DNA of 63,817 bases from Phoronis australis (lineage: Eukaryota; Animalia; Phoronida): the NCBI GenBank assembly GCA_002633005.1, contig NMRA01000177.1:387942-451758 (forward strand), given 5' to 3'. A program made the position numbers and the translations under genes. Of this stretch, positions 13,101 to 25,100 are shown one piece after another. The notes under the pieces were generated by a model, which was not told the DNA's origin, searched no databases, and saw only the letters and a list, made by a program, of their open reading frames with translations. Within the stretch, counting starts at the first letter, position 1. Each line of letters begins with the position of its first letter.

Positions 13101-16100
13101 ACTACCTCGTGCAATCCAAGAGAAATATTGACATCTGCAGCTGTATTAAATGACCAAGCGACACTCAGCCGCAGTATGTAGGGCTAGATTATTGTGAGTG
13201 TGGCGAGATGACACTAATTTTGGCGAGATATTGCCAGACATTATAAGCAAAGTTAGCGATCATACTAGCATTTATTCTTGGGTACATGCGTTTCGCAGCA
13301 GGCCCCTGGGACCCACAAAGCATTTACAGTTGATCATAGGCGCATGTGACTCCTGCTGCCATCTGGTGGTGTATAGAACTGCTTCACCGTGAGTGTGGTA
13401 GGATTACATTTTTGCTTTTGTTGGAATAAATTTTGAGAGGGCATCCTCCTCGATCAATGTCCGCTTTTCAGCCGGACTCTTTTATAAATTTACATAATCA
13501 CACAATCGTAAAATTTACAATGATCGAAAAAACAATGAAAGAATATTTTCAATAAATATGCGATGAAGAATTTACGTGGATTGTAAAAAGTCGGTAGGTA
13601 GGATAAGTATATACTCCTACATTATACAGAATGTTACTCAATTGACTTCATTCAAAACATTTTACATCACAGTGTAGTTACTCAATTTCCAGCCAGGAGG
13701 CAGCATTTGTCATTAGCCCTCGTGACCAATAGAATCTTCCAGTTTCCCAATGCCACTGTTTTTCATTTTCTCATAGAAATTTCAACTTATGTAAATGTGC
13801 TGTATTATACAACTCCCGAGCCACTGGTAAAGCGCTTTATTTAGATCTCTCTGGAGTCTCTCAGATGTCTGCTGGTGCAGGTGTTAATAGTGTTGGCCTC
13901 TTAATCCTGAAGTATCCCTGTGGTTTTTGAGGACTTAATTTTTCCCGATTTACATCATGTAGTCCCCATTGTTGATATAGCTCTGCTTGCTATCACTTTT
14001 TATACTAATGTACTGAGTGGTAGGAATGCGTCATACCGTACATTTGGATTAGAGTCTTGCATCATAAATGCCTGATGGTATTACGCGCTTCTTATCTCAA
14101 TACCTGACATGGTTGCTGTAATGTAGCAGGAAGTAAAGATTAAATCTGTTTCAACAAACACTTATTGCTTAATCCCACAGTGAACTATGTTGACTTGCGT
14201 TTTATATTATATATTTTCTGATAACGAGCTGCCCATGCAATAGTTTAATTTTGCGCTCACAGTTAAATATAAGTTTGGCTTTCTATTAGGGTCTTATGCG
14301 AAGAAATCAAAACCCCTTGTAAGCAAAATGAAATAAACAACCAATCTTTTTTGACAGTAAAGTTCAGAGTCCGTGTGTATAATGAATGTACACATGAACA
14401 GTCAAATGGTTCTCTTTGGTGTAGCTTAAAACTAATTATATAATACTTGTATTGTAGCCACTTCCCATCATTGTTTTACATTAAGTTTTAGGTCTGCTCA
14501 TCACTTGCTGATTTACTGTTGACGATGGTGGCCATTTTGTTTCTCTGAACTGAGCAGACAGCATCACTATTATGGTGCACACTTTGCCTAGTTCGGGAGG
14601 TTTTGTCTGCAGCGCTGCTGTCATTTTCAGATGCATTGTGGGATGTAGGCTCGTAAACATCTAGTGACATAGATAACTCGCTGACAAGCAAAAATGCGTG
14701 TCTTTTGGGTGTACACAAGTGAAAACACGGAGGCCATTGCAACATGATTTTTGGCGCCATTATGACTAAAATAAACAAAGTAAAAGTAAGCCTCAAAATG
14801 CTTGAGATAAATGTGCAGATCAACAAATCTTTTGCTTATTTCGAAGCACGTGCCATCTAATCCTTGTCTAAAACGCAAATTTTATAATGTCTGGTTACAT
14901 ATTGCACAGTCACCTGTGATGTTACAAGCCGAAAGCAGCCCCAAATGGGTTTGAGAAATGACAGCAGTGCTGCCAGTTGAGGAAAATTTCCTGTAGATGA
15001 AAGCCCTGAATTGTTTGTGATGTTCTGCCACCAGGGGCTGCTACTATGACATCACTTCATTGTCATGCTATTGTTCCTTCCATTATAATACGAAGACCCG
15101 TCACTGTGTGTCACCGGTTTATCATGTCCAGGTTCAGTTTGCTCTGGCCTCAGATTCTATTCTCAAAGTTCATAGTGCAAGGTTGGCAGAGACACCTGAT
15201 CATTTCCAGTGAGTTACTATGGCCCGTGATAGATGCTGTACCATAAATGCTATTCAATTAAGCACACAATGTGGCATACAGCTGGAATTTTGTTTTGTCT
15301 AATTTCTCAAAAAATCCTCTAGAATTTTGTTTTGTCTAATTTCTAAAAAAATCCTCTAGAATTTTGTTTTGTCTAATTTCTCAAAAAATCCTCTAGAAAT
15401 TTCCAAATTCGTCAATAGTGTGGTTTGCAGTATACTGCTTTTGTGAAGCAAAGAATAAATTTTAGCATTTTAACAACGTAACAAGCCTCTGAAGTGTGAA
15501 AAATTTGGGGTTTCTGTGGTTAAAATTGCATGAAATTGGAGAATACCTGTGTTCAAAGATTCATTCTGTAAGGCTGTAGGAATTCAAGCATCTCTCCTTA
15601 CATAGTTGTGATACAAGAAGTTTGTGACAGTCTTCTAGAGTCGGATGTGGGGCTTGTAGTCATGGGTCATGCGTCTCGCCTTGTAAGGTGCCACATGACT
15701 CCCAATCATGCGTCTGTCATGTGGATCTTCTGCTGTTGCAAGATGAAGTAGTTGGCTTTATTACCAGTGTTATGAGTGTTTTCACAACAAGTTGGGAGCT
15801 TCCGAAGCAAGTAATTTCTGTTAGGAGCTTCCGAAGCAAGTAATTTTCGTTGGTTCATTTTTTTCGCTTTGACATTTTTCTGGGAAGAGTGTGTCACGTC
15901 TTTAAAGCTGCTTTTCGCCTTTTTTCGGTGATTAAACTGAAAATTGAATTGGGCCTTTTGCTCTTGTAAAATCGGTCTCGTGATTTTTCGTACTGTGAGA
16001 TGAATCTGCTTGGTGTTCCAACTCAAGTCACAGGCAATGTGTACTCGACCCATTTTCAAATTTGCAAGTTTAGGGTTGATGAACCTCCAAAAATAATGGT

Positions 16101-19100
16101 TTCGGTGTTCTTGATAGTAACAGAAAAAGAATCGTATCACGATATTTGAGTCCCAATTTAATTTTCGTTTTTACCAGCTAAACGGGGTAAAATCCATCTG
16201 TGCACGTTGCCATGTGCGCTGCGCTTTAATTTTAACCACGATGTTTTTTCTATCGCAGATTGCTCCGTCAGCGTTCACGACTCTTCCTGTAAGGACCAGG
16301 TGGCAGCATGCACCAAGTTCAAAAGTCAACGGGTAAGTACGTCATCGAACCAACTGATGAATAGCGTCATTCCGAAATAAGCTGTTCTAAGCTGAGAGGT
16401 AGTGAAATGAAGCTGTCCTTATGTCCATGCCTCTGCTATTGTCTGGCATGTTTTCAAAATCGGAAAAAATAGAAAGTCGTCAATTAATTTTTTATTAGCT
16501 TTAAGCAGCTAAAAACTAACCTTCCATCTAAAAAACCAGTTTTTGATTTAGGCTGTGTACCACTGTAAAGTGGGCTTGTTTTCTTCTCAGTTGAGAAGTT
16601 AGTGGTGTGCCTGCAAATAACTGACAGTTGTTTGAGATGGTCGTTGGTGCACAAAACGACACACAGTGACTAGCCTGCTTGCTGGGTCTGTTTACAAGCA
16701 GTAACTCTACTCTAAGTGAGGAACAAGTTGACCTCAGTTATGTACTGTAACAGTTAAGTGGTCTTAATTATAATTAAGTCTTTTTACGGAAGGTGGGTTA
16801 TAGACTCTTTAAAGGTTCTGAAGAGATCACTCTTCGTGTTTTTAGTGTATCGTACTTCATTTGAGGTCACATCTCAAGTATAGATGTCGCTAAGTTAGCG
16901 GTTTTAGTGAACAGGCGCCTTTAGTGCCTCTGCTTACTGGCAATGATTTGCTGACTTGGAAATGACAGTTTTTAATTTACTGTATAATAGCAGCAACAAC
17001 TGTGTCAAGGCTGAATGAAAATCTGACTAGTGAAAAGCATGTTGGGTGAATAGGGCAGCTTTCTCTAACGGCACTTTTGGTATTTAGGGACGAGGCTATG
17101 TATTCTGGTGGCATGTTTTTGAATCTGAATCGTGGAATTTCGTAAGTTATGGTACATTTCCAACACAGCGTTTCCTTGAATTCTTGCCCCATGTTCCTTA
17201 TCTTGCTGTTGATGTGATAATCGTGCCCTGAAACATGTGCTGTGCAAAGTAATATTACTCCTCTTCCTCTACTTTGAGTCATGTCTGTGTGCCTTAGATT
17301 CATGTTCCTCTTGACAATTCTGGTTTCAAGCCAAAGTATGAAGAGAAAATAGATAACGAGCCAAAGTGGTCGTTATCTTTTTCTGTTGCTTTCCTTTCGA
17401 GTACTGGAGAGTCAGTTTTTACTTGGGATTGAAGATACCAAGGGCAGATCCAGGATTTTGAGTTAGGGAGGCCAGGGCAGAGTATTAGCCAGGATTTTGC
17501 CTGTCAGACATTCTCACCCCCGAACTGCCCAATAGAACTTGGGAGAATTTTAAGGGGGGGGCCTGGCCCCTTTGGCCCCCATCTAAATCCTCCACTGGTT
17601 ACTGATGAAATCCAGTTATGTGAGTGGCTTCACCCTCTAGGGCGAATGTTATGGTCAAAGTCATTTTGCCAAATCGCAGTACATTCACGTAGACCATTTA
17701 CATGTAGAGAAGCAGTCACGTTTCTGTTATTAAAAACATTTTAATTTGATACATGTTGGTAAAGATTCACGATTGGGCTAATGATTGACTGTCTCCATGC
17801 AATTTGTTTTTATCACTATGAAAAAAAACAATAGACCCCTTTGTTATGTGGTCCAGCTGTGAGTATTCTCTCATGAAAACATGCTGTTTTGTTTGAAAAG
17901 TTTGGAACACATCCCTTTTTCTCTACATGGGAAAACCCTTAGTCCAGTGGTTTGTCATAATTCTCCCTATTTGGTTTTAAGTACTCTCAATTGCCCTGTA
18001 ATAATCACATAATGGGCTCATAAACTGCTGGTCTGCATCTTGACCCAATCACTTCTCATCCTGCTGAGACTGGCACACAGCAGTCACTGTTGCAGCTTAG
18101 GTCACCACTGTTTAAATAACAGGCTGGGGGATTCCCAGCTTGACCTCTGCTGGCCGACCTCTGACCCAGTGGGAATGAGGTCGCGGCAGCTAGGAGGCAG
18201 CAGTTGACTGGTAAAAAATCCTCCATCTCAGTACAAAGGAATCCAGGCTTGGACCTTGACATCTGTGTTCTTGTGGAGTCTGTATCTCTGTTTTTCGGTT
18301 TATGGTGCGGATATTTTGTGCATCTTCTGGAGTGGACCATGACTGTGGCAGCGTGCAAAGCTTGTAAATCTTGGCCAGATTTGACTGCCTTGGTAAATTC
18401 AGTGTGTGATTTTGGCTTTATCTGCCTGAATGCTTGCTTTGTTGGCAGAACTACAGAAGGCCAGTGGCCCTGTCCTTGTTTACTTAGTGTTGAGGATGTG
18501 ATTATACTGGGTAATGAGCTGTTGAGACATAGTGGACTGATATTGTCTTGGCTATTGTTGGCTGGATTTATAGTGTCTGGTATGTGTGTGGACTGATTTA
18601 TGGGCTCGCCCTCATTGCAACTGTGAGCTTGTATTGTCTTGATTTTAAATTACCAATGATGGTTGATTACCGAGTCATGCCACTTAAACGAGTGTAGTTT
18701 TTGTTACAGATTTAACAATGTTGGAAAAAAGTTGGAAATCAAAAACTTTGGAAGATTTAGTGACTTTTTGATCTTTGTTGTTTGACTTTGGTTCAAAAAT
18801 GTGCACTTAATGTGAACGCTCAGTGTGGACGTTATTCTTTTAGGATCTTGAATAGTTTGGCCCGATAACACTTTTTTAGCTTTCCAGAAAAACTGAGTAC
18901 GTATGTGCGGGTGCGTGTGTTTGGTCACCCTCAGTTAAGTCGCGTCGAAACTATTAACACCGTAAAACTGACCAACAAGTTTGAAGCAGGATACTATATG
19001 ACGGAAAAGTGAAATTTTTTTTTCATGAAAGATAAGTACCAGGAAGTAAAAGTTATATTATTTATAAGTTCTATATCATAACTGTGATTAGGCAATGGCT

Positions 19101-22100
19101 TTTTTAGAAAACTGGGAATACATCACAAGGTTTTCACATTAAGCTGCAGTGCCTGGTTGAGGTTAGCTGGAGTCACTAAGCTATGAACAGTGTTGGGGGG
19201 AGGCAGTCACCACAATTTTCCCACTCCTCCCACCCACCCAGTGGCCCTCGGCCCTTCGACCAAACCATTGAGTGGCACCTGCTTGGTGCAGGGATAAGGG
19301 AATAGGAGACTAAGCTGTAACTTAGCTAATGGATTATCAGAAGCTGGTAATTTACTTGCTTAATGTTTCATCTACTCATTTACCAGCCAGGTCCAGTTTG
19401 CTTGATGTAGTTTTAGCTCAGTGTCGTATTTGTATCACATTCCATAGGGGTTGTCAGTCAGTCTATGAGCTAATGTAACACTAGTGGTTGTTGTCATCGG
19501 AATGTGCCTTATAAGAATCGTTTGTGGCATGAGGGTATTTTTACGTCACCAGTTCGTACTGGGATTAGCCTTTTTGCTGGAGGACATGACCTTAAATTGC
19601 AGTATGCAAATTTTAGAAAAAATCCTCAATGGGTTCTTTTGGAGATTGCAATGTTATACCTTTAAATATGTTACCCGTCGTCTTAGTAGGTACTGATTAC
19701 TATATGTGAACACATCATTCGATTGTTTGCTTTGGAAGCATTTTATGTGTTTGGTATTTGAAAAGGTCTGTCAGGGAAATCCCACGTTCAGTCATTTCAG
19801 TTCAAGATGACATTTGTCTTGTCTAGCAATTCTCCTCAGTTGTACGAGTTCCCATGCGTTTAGTTTCTGTGTCTGCTTTGAGGCTGTACTTGGGGCCATG
19901 TTACGAGATGTTTGTGCCCCCCCCTTTCTGGGGGAGTGGCTTATGTTCATAAATGCTATGTTATCACTGGGTATCGTTCATATGATTAGTATCCGAACAA
20001 TGCGTTCTTGGTGATGGGAATTGTGTTTATGTTTGAATGAGCTGAGTCCATAGAAGCCAAACAGGCAATGCCCAAAATTGAGGACAGATGAGGATGTTGT
20101 GTCCCACAAGGGTGACAGTGAGGTGGCATTATGGGCCAGAAAAGAAGTTTTCTTATATCAGCCCCAAAACGGATACGAACTGGCAACCCCCGCTGTCGCA
20201 GTCCACTGCTCTGCTGTGGTGGAGCAAGACACCACTGGATAAGTGGCCAAGTATTTTAAGGGTACTTAGCTGGTAAAGTCCAAGTATTTTAAGGGTACTT
20301 AGCTGGTAAAGTCATCGGCCTTGATTTCAATGAATGTCCAACTGACATCAACTAGAATTGGCAATTTATAGTACAGTAAGATCTCAAGAACACAATGGAT
20401 TTTATTGTTTTATAGCTCTGGTCCAAGGTTATAACCCCAAGAAGTCTATGATATTCAATAGCGATTCCAAAAACGAATTTTTCCATCGTAAAGCCAGTTA
20501 TGTTGATCAAATTATTGTAGCTCACAGCCCAGAACTCACATCGCAGTGACAATGTTGACGAGCATTCAAAGAATGCGGAATGTCACATGTCCCTTTATCC
20601 CTTCAAGGCAACTTTCACTGTGTACCCCGTTTGGTGTGCCAGTCTTAGTCATCCCTTCAAATAGCCATCAATGAGGAACAAGCCAAAAGTTGGTCAGCCG
20701 AAATGGGCTTGTTGTTAGCCATGACCATTCTTTAACTAGCTACCAGCTCATCCCAGTTCATCACTGTTGTTTTTAGTCTAAATATGAACTCCTTGACACT
20801 AGGCTGTATGGGAAGTATGTGCCCGCTCTGAGTTATCTGTGGCAGGCAGTTCACTTCACCTTATCTGATTGTCAATATTGCTTTGAGGTATCAGAATGCG
20901 TGGTGTTTTTTGATGTGGTTCTGTTCAAATTATATAGCCGCTGATTAGAAATTGGAGTAGCTGGCCTTTATGGCTTTGCAAAAAAGAACAACTTTGTAGT
21001 TGGCTAGGAAGTGGCGTGGGCTTAATGCGTCGCCTAGGGTTTATTGCACAGTATTTTATGCGCCGGTGAATTTCGTGTCGTAAAAGGGCAATGTTTTTTA
21101 GCGTATTTAGAATTTGGAAGGTTTAATGATGGGTGATACTCGAGTGTTGTAGTTACTGTGCTGGGTAAATCTGTTGGTCATGTCAAGGGTGCATGTAAAA
21201 TGGCTTCAAAAGGCACGCATAAGTTGGCAACCTATCCATAAGGTGCCGAAGACTGCTTTTGGAACTGGGTACCGTTAAATTGACAATTTTGAACCCTTTA
21301 TGGAACCAACAGGTGTTGACCCATCCAGTTTGTGTTCCATCCAACTTTGAACTATTTTCTTCAAGATGTGCATGAATTTCCGTTAGTCTCTGTTTAAATC
21401 CTGGAATCTTGGTAATTCTATCAAGTGTTTGGAACGGTTCCACAGTAACTTTCTCAGTTTGAGATGCATTATGGTAGAAAGGTAGAATTTTATTTTGTCA
21501 AATTTCCCATCAAAAATACATAATGTACAGCTGTCAACAAATGATGTTTGCTAAAAATTCTCCAGTATCAGCATTTGCAGCTATGTAAAAAAAATTTGAA
21601 TTTTCTAAAATGCATTTAATGAGGCTAACCTTGTCAGCGCATCATTGCTTTTTGACGAGTGCTGTAGACTTATGTCACACCACTGTCGATAATTCCATGC
21701 AATCACGTTAGATCAAGTACGGTAGTATTAATTATTCACCTATGTTGCACACACTATGGCTGACATATAAAATTCTATTTTGTCAAATTACTCCTCAAAG
21801 AATTAGGATTATCAAACATTTAGTCTATTACTAGCACGTTTCTGTACTGTGTAGAGGTCATAAAACAACTTTTGGTAAATTTCCATTATTTTCAGTGAGG
21901 AAATCAACCTTTTAGAAATGGTAAAATGACAATTTTGGCGATTATTTTTGTGCGAAATACGTGCAGAATTACCAGAGAAGAATGCTTTGGGTTATTAATG
22001 CAATATGGTAAAATCTCCAATATCATACAAAAGTAATTGTTGAAATTGACCTTTTCCCAAATTTCCAAGGCTACTACAATTTTTTGTGAATGCCTAATAC

Positions 22101-25100
22101 TTCTCAAAACATTGTTCGATGTTAGCTATGATATACAGTGAGCATTTACATGATGAGGGATTCCTTTGGACTTGTATTTCATGTAAAAATAGAATTTCAC
22201 TTGTACATGGTATTGTGTTTAAATTGGTGACTTTGTGCCATTTCATTAGTCTGCCAGTCAGCACTGAATTAGAACTCAGTCCTCACACTTGACAGTCCAC
22301 AGTAAACCTGTCCTCCTAAAATGGCAATTCTAGCTATTTGAGATTGAAAAAAAAACATTGTCCTGATCCTGATACATGTTGTTCTGTCCATTAGTTATTG
22401 ACATAGTTCAACTGCTGGTCAAGCTTATGTCTGACCAGCCTGTCCTCTGGTCAGCGTACACTGAGCCAACTCTGTTATTGTTTAATGCCCATTTGGGCAT
22501 GTTGGACCACAGCACTTAGGCATGAGGTTTTTGTAAATAGTCCAATGCCCTTCATGGCTGTGCACAATCCACAACAAGCCCACAGACTGTGTGTCATAAT
22601 GGAACAGTGTGTTATTATAGTGTATAAGCTCCTCCCAGTCAATAAGATAAAAAGTAAAGGCTTGTGTAGGACTTTATCCACAAGTGTGTGTATTCAGCTG
22701 TATATCTAGACAACTTGTCATATTTATCCCTATAAAGGTGTATGTTTTCTGAAAGGAGCAACTGTGTTGAATGTGATTTTGTTTTCTTCCTACCAATCAG
22801 CCATTGAGTGGGTCCCTCAAGACCATATCTTTTTAGTAAAATTCAGATAAAAAAGAAAAGTACAATTTCTTAACAAAACGACAATATCAAGAACTGGACC
22901 AAATTTCATTTGATATACATGTTACAGTTTTCTAAATTCTCATCAAAGTCGTAAAAGCTGCATTTTTGAAAGCTCTTCATTTAAACGTAGAACACTTTTA
23001 AAACAATTCCTGACGGCGTTTTGGAGAACAATGCATAAAAAACATACTGTCTGAAAGTCTCGTATAAATCAAAACCGCGGTTTCTGAGATGCGATGTTCT
23101 GAAGTTGGCTTTATTTGGGCATCCTATGTATTGCATTGGACCAAGACATCCGTCGCATCCACTGTGTGAAGTGCTCTTAAACAACTTGCCCAAAAGTATG
23201 TGCCTCTGGTTAGTCAAGCATCCATACTATGCTGTAGAAAAATGCAGCTTCAGTATTTGTGGGTTGACTTCGAAGATGTGTGGTGTGGTTGGCCCGTAGT
23301 AGGGTCCAATGAGAGCAGGTCTTGTGTGGTTTTTATATGATGATTCTATAAATATTTACTGTCAAAATAAAAATTCTTTCTTCCAAAATAAAATCGTCCA
23401 TCACATCTTGGTTTTCAAGTGGTGAAGCTAATGAAGAACAGTCTTGTTTCTATTTATTTGAAAGAAGGGTACCGTTCACCAGCGTGGGGGTGTTAGTGGG
23501 GTTCTCACGTGGGTTTCCTGAATACATTGTCATTGTTCATGCTGAGCTTTTGTCTCACTGGAGCCACCCAGTCAGTTTCATGGACCTCATTATCGCGCTT
23601 CGTTTTCATTCAGTGTTCATCACAAATATGTTCGCAGAATGGCTCAGTGCGAGCAGTATGTACTATCGTGGCTTGTATAACGAGTCAAAATAAGTCTTGA
23701 TGTGGAAATGGAATTTTACCTTATTGGTTACCATATACTGTGCACGAATGTGCCCATCGTCACACGACCTGTCCCTTTTTTCCCACTCCCCTCTCGGCCG
23801 GTCTCTTCACACAATGTGACTAAGTCTTGATGTGGAAATGGAATTTTACCTTATTGGTTACCATATACTGTGCACGAATGTGCCCATCGTCACACGACCT
23901 GTCCCTTTTTTCCCACTCCCCTCTCGGCCGGTCTCTTCACACAATGTGACTCCTTCCTGTTGCAGATGATCCAGCGACCCCTTTCATCTAGCGTAAAAGA
24001 AAAGGTCCATTCACTGCCACAGTCCCTTATGGCTAGAGATAAAGGACAGTCGCTGCCCGCACCCAAGGTCAGTCAGGTGAGTGGACAGTCAACGGCTGCT
24101 GGGTTTGTTGAAAGGTAGTGTTGGTAGTGGTAAAGACGTGAGGACCGCGCAGTTGTGTTATGAGCCTGAACCAAAAATATTAGCCTGTCCTGCTGAAAAT
24201 TTCCTATAATTTGCACATAAGTGCAAACTCATGAGCGCCAGATTTGGCGCTCGTGTAGAATAATTTTAATGGTGGGTGTGCTCAGAAATGCGTCTTGCGT
24301 GATTCTGTTTTTTTATTTTCTTATCAACATTTGTCTGTCTCTGTGAACAGAGATTCTACTCATCAAAATAGGTTTGGGTTCGAGGCTGTCACATTTTCCC
24401 CAAAAATTGACTAGTCACGTGGCAAGCTTCAAGTAAACGTTTAAAGCTACATGCGATGTAATCGATTGATTTTCAAGTCAAGTCTTGAATAAAGTTTGGT
24501 AATGCACATCGCTGGTACTTCTTACCGAAAATGAAACATGCGTGTTGACAAGCAAGTCCTAGTGGGTGATATTTTCCTCGTAGAAGTCCAACGAAAAATT
24601 TGAATTAACAACAGTGAATCTCGCGCGTTATTTTGTCATCGCGTCGTATCCGTGTTGCAGAGTCTCTCACCACTCTCACCAGGGGGCAGCACAAGTATCG
24701 CATCCAGTAGTGTTCTTCCAAGGTGAGTATGTGATGAACAAAAACAGCAGCGACTAGAATTTTGGCACTGTGTAGTTTTGTCTTCATTTCTGTACACGGA
24801 GTTATTGTTTTGATTTTGTGTCCCTTGCGTACTAGCATTAGGTAATTTTTATGCGCCCACATATTTATATGTGGACGCATTATGCCGTCATCTCTGTCCG
24901 TCCGTCCGTCCGGGCGGTGTCCGTCCGGCGTCCACTGCTCTATCTCCAAAACCCTTTGACATACGTTCATGAAATTTGGCACATATGTTCCATTCATGAA
25001 TGGGACGGCATGTGCGAACTTTCGGACGGATCCGACTACCGGTGTGCCCCCTAGTGGCAATTTTAGNATCGTGGCTTGTATAACGAGTCAAAATAAGTCT

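Noticed and set aside
14480-14890. Possible non-autonomous DNA transposon remnant (similar impression at about 8160-8460, 22780-23150 and 58085-58260)
   Set aside because: Repeat-like texture, but I could not define TIRs, TSDs or a second copy in the window
20162-20272. Candidate exon in the large intron after the C1 domain
   Set aside because: The open frame is phase 2 while flanking exons require phase 0, and the donor lies in a tandem duplication
24605-25091. Minus-strand ORFs of 151 and 67 aa
   Set aside because: They read through the HINE-like element, its microsatellite and the antisense of exon B; no coding signature
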